A stretch of 64,000 nt of DNA, taken from Geosiphon pyriformis uo1 (taxonomy: Eukaryota; Fungi; Glomeromycota). Location of the stretch: contig JAAOMT010000770.1 in NCBI GenBank assembly GCA_016748015.1, positions 4,223 to 68,222 of the forward strand. Direction: 5' to 3'. Shown here piece after piece: positions 23,801-36,146 of the stretch. The position numbers and the translations under genes were made by a program. How positions within the stretch are numbered: position 1 is the stretch's first letter; each line of letters opens with the position of its first letter. Below the pieces are notes generated by a model, which saw nothing but the letters and a program-made list of their open reading frames with translations, did no database searches and had not been told where the DNA came from.

Positions 23801-26800
23801 AATCAGAGAGTTTACATTCTTCTATGAGGCCATTATAAAATGCGGTGGTAAGTGTTATTTGGAGCTCTGGATATATTTTCAAAGTTGTCTTTTAAAAATA
23901 GGAGGTTTTAGAGAAAGTTCATTTGTTTGGCGTTTCGATGGTGTTAATGGGATCTACAAAATATTTTGCAATCAATAAGTTTTGTCTGTGGGACACATTT
24001 TCATTTTATAATATTTAAGGGTTTTAGGTGTACAAGGAAATTAATAATTTCAATGAACATTGATTATTGATTTTTTTCCGTGGTGGTACGCATTAATTAT
24101 AACTCACATATTACAGCTTTTATTGAGTTCCCGAAATTAGTTTGTGCTAATCAAATGAGATATAGTATGTTGTTTTACATGTTTAGGCGTTTCGCTGTTT
24201 ATAAGATGTTTTATAATCATAAAAAGCAATCTCCTTTGTTAATAGATTAAGTATGAAGAAAGAGTGTTTGGTTTTTTCAAAGGCGAGAGTTAAAATAGCT
24301 TATATTGAAAATAAATTTTTTTTTCGTATTATCCTATGGAGCCTTTTTGAAACATTGAAACTTTAAAGCCCCAGAAATTTTAAAAATATAATTATACATT
24401 AAAAACTTATTCTTTGAATATATTAAATTAAGTTTTTATTAAAAAATATATTACCCTTACAATTAATTTCAAATTAAGCCATTTTAATTGTAAGAAATAA
24501 ATTAAATTAGTCTAATTATTTATTTATATAATTATTTTCGAGATATTAGATTTATATATCATATATATTAAAAAAAAACAAAAAACAAAAATTATTTTAT
24601 CTTTTGACTTTTTATATAATAATTTTTATATAATAATTTTTATATAATAATTTTTATTTAAATTTTATATATTTTAAAATTTTTATTAACTAAATTTAAT
24701 AAATTATTGCTTTTGAATTTACTTTTAAATCAATTATTCAAAATAATTTTATTATTAAAACTTTAAAACCAATATTCGTATATTATTTATTTAAATTAAT
24801 TATTTTAATTTTTCTTTCAATAATTATTAACTTAATTGTTAATAAATAAATAAATATATATATATATATATATATATTTTTGATTTTTAAAACATGTTTA
24901 TATGCACATCAAATTATATATATTTATATATATATAATTAACTAAAAATTATTAAGAAAATTTTAAAAAAAAATATTTAATATTTTAAATTTTAAAACAT
25001 AAATTTGATTTTTATTATTCATATTTTTTAGCTGTCTTTTTATTTGTAATTTGATACAAAATATGTCATGAATTATATTTGAAAAAACAAAACAAAAATA
25101 ATTATTGTATAAATGCAGAGAAAATATTTTGTCTTAAAAAAATACCAAAAAGTAGAATTTTTTTTATGGCTTTAAAAAATAATATTAATCAATAAATAAT
25201 CCATGAATAAACATATTTCATTTTTTTCTTAATCTTAACTCAATTTATTATTTTTACTTTAAGTTTAAAACGGTTCCAGATAATTCTTTTGTCAATCTCA
25301 AAGCCCGGATGCATTTCTTCGAGCTATAGCTTAATTTAGCTGTCATAATAAAATAATTTTTGCTTGTGATTCTGCTAATTGGCGACGTTTACAAGAGGTA
25401 AGCTTGTGTGGGCAGACAAAATAATAAATATCTAAAATCTGGCCGTTCTTGCGAAAGAAGTTGACCGGAACAAAGTTGGCGGTGGGAATAAATAAGAGAT
25501 TATACCGCATATGAAATAAACAAAAATAAAAGATTGATGTATTGGATGGATGAAGCGGAAAAATGCCAAAGGTGGTGGATTGGGCGAAGTTAGTAGTCAT
25601 ATTACTGACAGAGCATGTGGATATTTTCTCTCTCATTCGTTATTTATAAAAAAAAAAGACAGAAACCATTGTGATTATTTTTTTAAGAAAACTGAAATAA
25701 GTTGTTGCTGGCTGTCGACTGAATGACAACTCGCCATTGCTGGGTTTAGCCTTGTCGCAGGCGTTTATTACATGGCTAATAGAACTAGGGTTTATAGAGA
25801 GGAAATATTCATTCGATCTATTTGATGCGCGCGTAAACAAAAAGGGGATTCAATTTCGAACTCCTGAATTTTGTGCTATCTTTTAGGGTGTTTTTTTTTT
25901 TTAAAATATGAAAATCAATTTTAATGATCATGTAGCGTATGTTATAAGAAGTTCCTTGTCGGTGGAGAATGCAACCATGCTAAGGTTTCTCATGTCTGTC
26001 CAGGCATTAGCAGTGAAGCTATGAGTTAGTGGATATCCAAATTATCTAGCCTCCTGTCAGTTCATCTATGAGATTCTTATCCCATAGCCATTCCAAAGTT
26101 TGATTTTTATCGTTTAAAGTAAGTTTCATAGCATTTACAGGGACTATAAATTAAAATTTTGGCAAAGATTTTTTTTATCTACTTTGGGAATAACAATCAA
26201 ATTAATCACTTTTGCTTCTCCCATACTTTACTGTAAAACTTGCAAGTCTATATTATGTGTCACGAGACCATACCCAATTCAAGGATAACGCGGAAACAAT
26301 ATCCAATTTGAAGGCTATAATTTCTCTCTTTATTCTTTTTTGTCATACAAGGCAGGAGGTGTAAGATTTAAAATCATTGCTACAACACACTAGTCAACCT
26401 TTGTGTTCGTCTCTGTTTGTTAACAGTGCATGTAGTATTTATTATTTTCACTGAACTTTTTAATACTAATAATTTTCTACTTTGAAGTATCAAAAGAATT
26501 TGGTGTAAGTAAAAAAATTTTGGACTAACCAATATACGAAGAAACTGAAAGAGGAGATAAAATTTCAATGGTTACAAAGGATGAAGAAATATCCGGTGAA
26601 TCAAGTAGTCAGAAGCAAAAGACGTGAGTTTCTTGCATACCACAATCAAGCAGACTGAGTAAAGGTAAAAAGACGAGCGAATATCCCAGTTTCGCTTGGT
26701 TGATAATTCAATTTATCACGCGCTGAATAAGAACGACGATAGTGATGAAGAGACTGCTGCAGAGGAGACAGCAATTGATAACATCTGAGAGCAACTAGCT

Positions 26801-27192
26801 CAAAATGCAGAAAAACTGAAATACTTCATAGACTTACACTTCCAAAAGCAAATAAAGCAGCTAAGAGAACAAAAGACCAAATTAGTAAGCCAAACTAAAA
26901 GTACTTGAAAAACATCTCCTCACTTTAGAAAATTGTCTTTGAAAGGCCTATAATATTTTTTAATTGAAAATGATATCTAAAATAGAGGTTTTGTCATAAA
27001 ATAATTGTATTTTAAAATTTATTTAATAAATTCGATCGATGGAAAATTCTTTTCAAATTGCAGCGCGTTAATGAAACAAAATTAATAGTCTAATTCCTTG
27101 AAATGCTTTTAAAATAAAAATAGATTCAATGTACAAATAGGTGACCAAATTTATCGGCCGAATTTCAATATTCTATAACATACATTGGGGAA

Positions 27193-28937
27193 CTAAAAAT
27201 ATGGAGCCTCTTTTACATCCACACTAATTAAATCCGACCAACTACCCTCTTTCTTAACGGTCAAGCAAGATATTTCGACGCCGAAATGTTCAAGTTCATC
27301 AAGAAGAGTCTTTTTTCGTCCAGCTTTCAAATGACACAGCTCATGTCTCGGTATAAACATTTTTCCTTCTTGATTTAAAAATGCAGTGTTAAACCAGAAT
27401 TGAAAAAGACGCGTCTAGTAGGGTATGAAAAAATCTTGAGGGTTAAAAGAAATTGGGTCTAGAAAAATGGGCTTATTTGATTAATCATGTGCCTAATCTT
27501 TACCTTCCGAAAAGTTGTTTTTTTAAAGACAGTTACAAGTACGTCCTCACTTAAAAATATCCCATCCACAGAGTTTTTTGAGTCTGACAGCGTTATGTCA
27601 CTCGCGTCTGGTGAATGCTGGGTAAAAAGAATTGATTAACAAACGAAGAATAGTCTAAACACCGAAAAAATTATGCTTACATAATGTCTTTCCGAACAAA
27701 AAAGTTTGACAGTAGTATTTAGAGAAGCAGTTGAAGTGATAAATTTGACTACAAAGTAAAGAGAATTGAAGGAGATTGAAAAAAGTTTAAAGAATTCATC
27801 ATCATTGAAACCCAAAAAACATACCATTGGGTTGACTAATATTTGCTGAAACACCCTCATCCCAAGGACTGAGTTGCAATGTGAGGTATTGCAACTTAAC
27901 CATCTTGGGAACGTATTTTTCTCTGCGCCGTATGAATACCTCGAATTGTCTCAAATAACGTATTTGTGATTTGATAGTGAGACCCTAAAATAAATTAATC
28001 ATTTATTCAAAGATTATCATATATTCAAAGATTTTTATATAATAATTTGTATGATATTTATTAAAACCGGTGACTACATACGCGTCCTGCTCGAGACCTT
28101 TTTTGTGCAAAGACTTGCATTGCTTCGTCGCTCGTCTTACAAATTCCCACATATAATAGATAGCAGCAGATAATTGTTCCTGTCCGACCTTTCCCAGCTT
28201 TACAGTGTATCACTGCTGTGTTCTCAGTGTTTTCAGAAAGGTATTTTTGGATATCGGCACAAAGAGGCTCAATCATGGCGAATGGTGGGGGGTGATGGTT
28301 AGAGAATTGATAATAGGAGACTGGAAAAAGTCGAAAGATGAGAGTACACAGCATTGAAATTTGTGAATTTTGATTTTTTAGAAAATAAAATGATATAGTT
28401 TAACTGAATTTACTTTTTCCCGAAAATTTCTTTGGGTCATATTTTCGCTCCAGACATCTAATAAGAAAAAGGAAGGTAAATTAAAATTAAAATTAAAATT
28501 AAAAGCAAGAGAGAAAATAACGATTTGAAAGAAATAATACGATAACTCACAAGTTGTAGATTTTGTAATGGCCATGATGTTTTGTGTCGAGAAACCTAAA
28601 CAGCGTATTATTTTAAAATACTTTTTCCTAGCGAGAGATCAAACTTTTTTATTTGGATGCTCACCTTACAACTTGAGAAATTGGGTTATAAAAGAAGCGT
28701 TCATAATTTTCTGCTGGTATGCCCATAGCTATTATATTGTCCGTAATATCTTGGAAAGGGTGAATTTTATTATTGAAGGAATATTTCAAAAAAATTTGTC
28801 AATCGAAGAATTCTAAATATTTTAATATATTGGGAATCCTTCATGTAAAACTTACAGCTTAAATCGAGGTCAAATCCATTTTCTTTATCCACAAAACGCC
28901 TCTTCCCCATTGAAACTGCTCTACGAATACTATTCAT
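27193..28937 (-). CDS. PTEN: PTEN/TEP1-like phosphoinositide 3-phosphatase (phosphatase + C2 domains), 352 aa
   Basis: Nine exons join in frame with GT-AG introns: 28937-28856, 28749-28665, 28595-28551, 28457-28414, 28320-28082, 27984-27825, 27748-27681, 27617-27504, 27414-27193. Motifs: IRRAVSMGKRRF..GFDLDLSYITDNIIAMG, HYKIYNLC, P-loop IHCKAGKGRTG, GLTIKSQIRY, and C2 LFQFWFNTAF. Confidence 0.93.
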
Positions 28938-31900
28938 GAGAACTTTTAATATGAGACGATAATTAAATTGAAAATTATTAATGTCGCGTAAAGTGATTAG
29001 ATAAAAATTAATTTCTTGGATTCAACAATTCTTGAGGGGTGGATAATTTCTTTTTTATATAGACATTTACCTGATGCACATTTTTAATTATTTCCACTTT
29101 TAAAAATGAATCTGCATACAGTATGGTATATAATAAGAGTTAGTCCGACGACAGGTATCCAAATACGGAAACTGCATTGTTTCTCAGCCACTCATTCACC
29201 CGTGCATTTGCTGAATAACCGAAGGTCATATCTTAATTGTGGTTGCCTTTTTTTATTCTATTAATACAAACCAAAAGTTCGTCTTACAGACTCAATTTGA
29301 GCGATTCTTTGATGCTGAAAGAAATAACTGTGACTATCACTCTACCAAAATTGAATGACTGGAATAGAGTCCCTTTTGCAAAACCAGACAAAAGAATTTA
29401 TAAAAGATGGAAATCCGCTTGTGAATTGAAGTCAAATAATAATATGGCAATTTTTATCATTTTGATTTGATTTGACGCCTGATATCTATCACTTGATTAT
29501 GGGAAGAAAAATTCAAGATGTGTAGTACACGAGAAAAAGGACATGTAATTAGAATTCTCTTTGAATGTGCTCGTCAATTTGCGAACATGAAATAAAGAAG
29601 GGCTAGGATGAAAATTGCGATTAAGTTTTTACACCAGATTTGGCTTTGGAAGACCTCCAAGAAATGAAAAGGTGTTGGCTCATAGCAAGGATATCAATTC
29701 AAGAGGAAATTGCTTCTGAATTTATTAAATCTAAATAAAATAATGGCAAGAAACCAATCATACCTACTCAATAGAAAACTGAGACTATTAAGAATTTTTC
29801 CGATTCGAGTCTTGGTGAATTTTTGAAGGTTTTAGCTGTAATCGAAGGAAATCCTCTGGTAAAAATTGGTTCTGCAATATAAATTTCATCACACTGACTA
29901 CCATGACGCCAGAGGATGGATGACTATTAATATTTCTATACTAAATATTGAAAGTAAAGACTTGAAATTCTTTCCTCCATATTTCGAAGGATTTACCTTT
30001 TAAATTTAAAACAAGTTTTAAAGCTATAAGCAAATATCAATAATTTTCTATTTACCAATTTTAGAGTATCAGAATTAAAAATTTTTTCTCAGATTAGTCA
30101 TCCACCTTAATATTTAAAGAATTAAAATTTTTAATAATTACTTTATAGTATGAAATTTTTTGCCATAAAGCTCCTAATTTGGTTAGAATTTTAACAAAGG
30201 ATCTCAGATCATAATGTGCTCTAAAAATTCTCAGATAAAATAATATTTTGATTACCAGAGCAAAGGATAATATTTTTTGTTACCAATTAGACATTATCTC
30301 CTTTTTTTTGTTGTCAAGGCAAGTCACATATATCAAGATTCTGTAGCTATTGAATTTTGAAAATTTTGTTTTGTTACTTTTTCATTGATGGTATCCCAAT
30401 CTGATCTTATAATATTTACTAAAAGAAATTATCCAATCTGTTTTTTAAAATTAAATAACTCTTAAATATATATTATGATTGATAAAAGAGAAAAGTTTTT
30501 TTGGTTTGTGTGTTTTCTATTCAAGCTCAAATTTGAAGATTTACGTAATTTTTTAAATTTATCTGTCCATTGCGAGAAATAAAAAGTTACTACATAAAAT
30601 CTTTTGGTATCCTTAATGTTGACTTTTGCGAAATTTCGATGTTAAAAAGTGATGATAAAACATTGGATTCATCTCAACTATAATTTTTCCCAATTTTTAA
30701 ATCAAATAATGACTGTCATTTAAATTATTTCTTCACTTGAATTGTAACTGATAATATTATAAATTTATTCATTTAAATTTTATCATTCAAATTAATTACT
30801 TCAAGAATTTTCAAATCATTTGTATTTCGTCCTAAACAATTTACTTTATATAATTTTTTCATTCTCTCAAATATATATTCAAATAGAAATTATAAATCCA
30901 ATTTAGAAATAAATTTTTTATTTTATTTTTTTTTTAGAATTTATTTTTACAAACCTATCCATTAGCTTATTATTTTCGACACGAGATTGATCATATATTA
31001 AAATTATTACTCAAGAATAACCCAAGGAACATTTTATCACATCCTTTTGGGAAGTTTTAAGTAGGAAAAAAATTCTCCAAATATAATTGTAAAACTCAAA
31101 TTCATCATAATGAAAAATTTTTGTCATTGGCAATTTACAGAGCTAAAAAAAAATTTCTAATTCAAATTTTGTGCTTATTCAATAAAAAATATTTTCGCTC
31201 AAAGTCACAGTTGAAAAAATTAATTCGTCTTTCAAATAAGTTAAAAATCAATTGGCAACCTTAAAAAGAATCGATATCCGCTATTTCATAATTATGATAG
31301 AGGTAACCTTATTTCTGGTTAAATTTTGCTTGAAAAACTTTAGCAACTCCAATAAATTTTCTTTCATATATAGTAATTGAATAATTGTGAGTAAGATAAT
31401 AAGTATTATTTATCACAAAATTGAAAAGTTAAAGTATTTTTTGAATATTTTATTTATATATGCAATAAAAACTTGATGAACTTTACATTTTTTGCTCAAT
31501 TAAAAATTCAAAAAAAAAAATTAATTAATTTGACAAAATTTGATACCATTTCAGAAGAAAGTAATAACTTTTGAAAATATATTAATAGAAAACTTTGTTA
31601 AAAATTTTAAATATACTAAAAAAGAAAGTTCTAAATTAATTAATTTTTGGTTTTAGTAGACCTCAAAATACTAGTTTTTAAAATCATGATAAATTCAGAG
31701 TTATACCTAATCTAAATTTATAAAATTTTAAAATAGCTTTTTAAACTTAAACCTATATTGTTTGCAATAGACTTGTTAATTTCAAAACTATTTGAAAATA
31801 ATTATAATATACATGGTTGTTTTTTTTTCTATTCGTCCAAAAAATTTAAGATTATTCAATTTTTTTTTAAAAAAAATGTCTATGATTAATGTGTCCATTA

Positions 31901-33676
31901 ATTATACTTGCGTGTTTGGATACAAGATTTTTGATAATGGTTCATTACACATGTACTAATTAGTATATAATTTCTCATTTCAAGTTGAGTTAATTGAAAA
32001 TTTGAATTAAAAATAATTTCTGGGACTAGTTCTTGCATTTGATTTACTTGCTTATACTCCTTATGAGGTTTTGTTTTGGTGATATTATATAAAATCAACT
32101 TTTTTAAAACCGTTAAGATGCATTTTAGAAAATGTGGCTTTTTCATCAAAGTAATTGTGTTATTAGTTTTTATAGATTCATTTTTCACATATCTTTAAAT
32201 TTGAAATTTGAAAAAATAATTATATTTCCTGTGATTTTAGGTGGTAATAAAAAAATTGTCATCTTTTTCGTGCTTGAATCATGAAATGAATATGTTAGTC
32301 AACACTAATATATTTTGGACCGATTTCAAACACATAATTTTCAAAATATTTATATTTGTCTAGTTAATTTCAACCATAAAATTTCAAAGTATAAGGAGAA
32401 AGTAAAGAGACAGATGAATATTATTTACGGCTTAATGGTTGGGAAGTTATGACATAATTTTTAAGTGGAAAACTTTTTATAATAATTAAAAGTTTAAGAG
32501 AAAAATTTTTGAAACGGTCCAAATATTTGAAAACTATTCTTTGAACATCTACATGGAAAATATTAGACCATACAATCTTGTGATCAATCTTAAAAAAACC
32601 ATATGGGAGGGGATAGTCAAAGAAGCTTCTTTAGAAATCACTACAATGGAAAATCTAAAAGGCTTTGTATAGATCACAATGATAGTCATTATATATTCCA
32701 AAATTAGAATGAAAATAGACTTCCAATATCTGCTTTCAATATTGAGTATTTTCTGATTTTAATAAAATGGTAATAATTTGTTCATAATAATAATTAAAAA
32801 ATACTCCAAATTCATTGGCGAAAATTTTTGCGTTTACCTATATTGTAGGCTCCAATAGCTAGTTTAGAAGGTTCTATGCATTATCGAGAGTGAAAAGGGT
32901 CGCAATAATTACCTCTTTTATGTTAGAAATGAAAAATGCATCAACATGCGAAATTTCGTAATTTCAATTTTCAAGCATATTCTCCCTTGGGACGAAAATG
33001 TCAATCTGACTGAATATATGCTATTACTATTTAATAGCTGATTTCGAAAGTTTTAGTTTTATCTATCTTTTCTGCATATGTCTAGTATTATCGACAAGAA
33101 AAAATTTGAAACAATGTCAGTCTCCTTCCCCATAAAAACACAAATAACTTGTAACGATAAATATATCCAGAAAGATTGGCAATTAAAGTATTAAATTTTT
33201 TGAGATAGTTTATAAATTAATGGAAATAAAAATTATTTTAAATTCTTGAAAATTTTCTAATAAAGTTATCAAAGAATTGATTCACCAAAACAAAATATTA
33301 TGATAATTTTTTATTTTCATTTTTCACATGTTTAAAAGAAAAAAGTTTTCAAATATTTTAAATTCAGAATTTCTACATAAATATCCTGAAACAAGATTTA
33401 TTGATCCTTGCAGGTTTCATAGCTTTTATTAGAATTTATACATTAGATCAAATATGGCTCTTTAATGGGAGGTAAAAAGAAGACAATTCTAATTGTTTAT
33501 TTCTTTAGAAAAACACTTTTTTACATTTTTTCTGGACTATAATCTATTTATCTAGCCAAATTAATTATTGAATCTAATATTATTATACCTAAATCTGTAA
33601 TAATTAATTTATAAACTTTTATTATTATATCAATTTTTTTTAATTATTCATTGATTCTGACGTCAAAAATAACGTA

Positions 33677-34264
33677 TTACTCCGGAATTCGTTTCCACAT
33701 ATCCAAAAACGCTTGCCAACTCAAAAACTCTGCGGTCCCTAATGAACATCGATTTAAAATTTCTGCTTCCAATTTTTTCCTAACCAACCTTTTTTCTGAT
33801 TCAGAGACATTCTCACCTCGTTCGATTCGTGCTAAAATTCTGGCTGCTTCTAAAATTAATGATTGTTTCGGGTAGCCGAAATAAAATAGCTGAAAACTAT
33901 CTAATGGAGGTAAAGCGTGTGATGTGTGACGTGAGATTCGTAAAGAAGAAAATGATAATGATGTTGAGGAAGATTTGGTATGGTTTGTATGTATACTACT
34001 TTTCATGGAATCTTTTTCGGTAGATGTGAAACATCTGGTAGAATTAGGTAAAATCAATGGATCAAAATCGTTTCCGGTTGGCCAAGTACCTTTTTGGAGG
34101 TTAGAAGTTGTTTGTTTCGTGTTATTTTTTCCATTCGGCTCACTTTTTTTACGTAGTCTTGCTACGGTGGTGCGATACACTTTTGCAAGAAATTTTGTTG
34201 GCTGTAATTTTTGACCGACACAACACGCTGACGTTATTGATTTATTTATTTTTTGATTTTTCAT
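33677..34264 (-). CDS. Hypothetical protein, 195 aa
   Basis: ATG-initiated ORF occupying a GC- and CpG-retaining island within AT-rich DNA. It has a basic, Ser-rich N-terminal half and a helical-looking C-terminus (YFGYPKQSLILEAARILARIERGE..WQAFLDMWKRIPE). No family recognised. Confidence 0.55.
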   Translation of the reverse strand: MKNQKINKSITSACCVGQKLQPTKFLAKVYRTTVARLRKKSEPNGKNNTKQTTSNLQKGTWPTGNDFDPLILPNSTRCFTSTEKDSMKSSIHTNHTKSSSTSLSFSSLRISRHTSHALPPLDSFQLFYFGYPKQSLILEAARILARIERGENVSESEKRLVRKKLEAEILNRCSLGTAEFLSWQAFLDMWKRIPE

Positions 34265-35609
34265 ATTGAGTAAAAGTTTTTAAAATTATTATCGTGATGT
34301 GTTAAGTTTGAAACCCTTTTTTCGAAATTAAAAGTAGTCAAAAAATATTAATTCACGCCAGGCAAAATATATATATTCTCAGAATACTGAAAAAGGTATT
34401 TCAGAGAAAAAGAAACAGCAAGTTAAAAATCTTGCAGCGTTCAATAAAATGAAAAATAGAGGAAGAGAAGGAGAGCTTTTTGACTGGCATTGGAAACATA
34501 AAATCAAAGTACTAAACAGCTTTTAAATAACTGTTACTTGTTTGTACCACGATAATTATTTACTGTTGACCAATAAAATATCCTTTGTCTTTTGACGTTT
34601 TGATCCAATTTTACTTGGTTCATAATATATTCGGACGTTTTGTTAGACAAATGGATAAAAGATATTATCTGCAAAATGCTATAAATTAAATGTGATCCCA
34701 ATAACAACTGACAACATTAGAAAATTCTATTTTTAACTTTTTATTAGAACATCTTTCTTAATTTGAAATCATTCCTTTGTTTGGTAACCAGTTTGAAAAT
34801 GCTTAATCTACCTAAAATGATTAATATTCTTTTTATAATATTAAAGAAGCTGACAGTTCCCCCCGTAAACAATGAAAAATAAACAGCCTTGATTTTAGTA
34901 ATCTTAGTATTGATCTAAATTTTCTAAAGATTATAGTGATAATAGTTAGTGATGATCAATGAAAACAATCAATTCTGAAAAAAAGAAAAAAAAGGAATAC
35001 ACATTAGATAATGTTTTTTGTTTCTAGTTTCAAAAATTCAAAACAGGGGGAGTTAATTTTAAAATAAAAAAATTTCAACGTTACTCAGAGTTATAACGGA
35101 ATTAAGAAAAGAAGGATTGTGAATAATAAAATAATGAATTTTTAACTTTTTACCTGATGTTAAATGTTTTGAGATTTTAAAATTTTTTAACGTTATTATC
35201 GAACAAAAAAGAGCAAATAAAGTTTTTAAAATTTCATATTCTTTCAATTAACTAATCAATTCTGTTATCTCATTTCATGTTTTAATGAATTATTTATTCA
35301 AAGTCAAAGATTTACAAAAAGAATATCTCAAACTTTTTAGTGTTAAACATTCGAATATTCTGGAAATCTAAGTAGAATTCTTGAATTTCTCTTAGATTTA
35401 AATAATTAAATTGATATTAAATATAAAATTTAAATACTCACATCTTTATTTTCATTAAAATTTAATACCTAATAATTTTTAATTCAATAATTATTTATTG
35501 AGAAAGGCTCAAGTTATAAATATATACAAAAGCCAAACCCCGATTCTTAACTATCATAATCCTAATTCAACTCTAATTTATCATCATCTAATTCTCTAAT
35601 TCTAAATTT

Positions 35610-36146
35610 TTAATTTTCTTCATTAAAACCTGCGGCAGTAAGGCCAGAATTCTGTGAAGCAGTAGAAACCACTGTCGGAAAATATAATCGACAAAATTGA
35701 GTTAAAAAGTACGGATAAAACTGGCAATAATTATATGGACCGAAAGAAAATGACCAAATCCCGGGGAATCCAAAATCTGCGTAACGCCTGATAATAAACT
35801 GCCTGAATCGTCGAAAACCAATGAGTGCACCTCTGCGACGAACCGCCAATCTAGGCAAAATGCCAACCCGACGAACTCCAAAACCCAGTCTTCCGACTCC
35901 CATGTGACTAAAACGAATTGCTGCTCCTTCAACTTCAGCCTCAGAAACTTTAGTATCATTATCTAGGATTGATGATGCTTCAGTGGCGTCATATAATTCA
36001 TTATTTATATTTTCATTAGCCTCAAATTCTTCCGGAAACGTGATATCTTTCACCGTTTGAGAATTTGGGAAAGAGAAGGTGGATGAAATGATGACAATGG
36101 TAACCAAAAAAAATAAGAGGTAATTAAATCTAAGAGAGAAAATCAT
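35610..36146 (-). CDS. Small secreted protein / prepro-peptide (signal peptide, acidic pro-region, Arg-rich and aromatic mature region), 178 aa
   Basis: Intronless ORF in a GC-richer island. Hydrophobic signal MIFSLRFNYLLFFLVTIVIISSTFS, acidic residues 34-73, Arg/Gly/Phe-rich residues 77-122, and a Cys pair at 141/152. Confidence 0.75.
   Translation of the reverse strand: MIFSLRFNYLLFFLVTIVIISSTFSFPNSQTVKDITFPEEFEANENINNELYDATEASSILDNDTKVSEAEVEGAAIRFSHMGVGRLGFGVRRVGILPRLAVRRRGALIGFRRFRQFIIRRYADFGFPGIWSFSFGPYNYCQFYPYFLTQFCRLYFPTVVSTASQNSGLTAAGFNEEN

Noticed and set aside
24611-24655. Three copies of a 14-bp AT-only unit
   Set aside because: Expected slippage in very AT-rich DNA. There are no spacers, so it is not CRISPR-like.
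29480-29860. Possible protein-kinase C-lobe relic (DIY..; LQEMKRCW; EIASEFIKS)
   Set aside because: Only two or three short words match, and there is no HRD, DFG or APE support.
31898-32188. 96-aa ORF and similar I/K/N/F-rich ORFs in AT blocks
   Set aside because: The composition reflects AT-rich noncoding or eroded repeat DNA.
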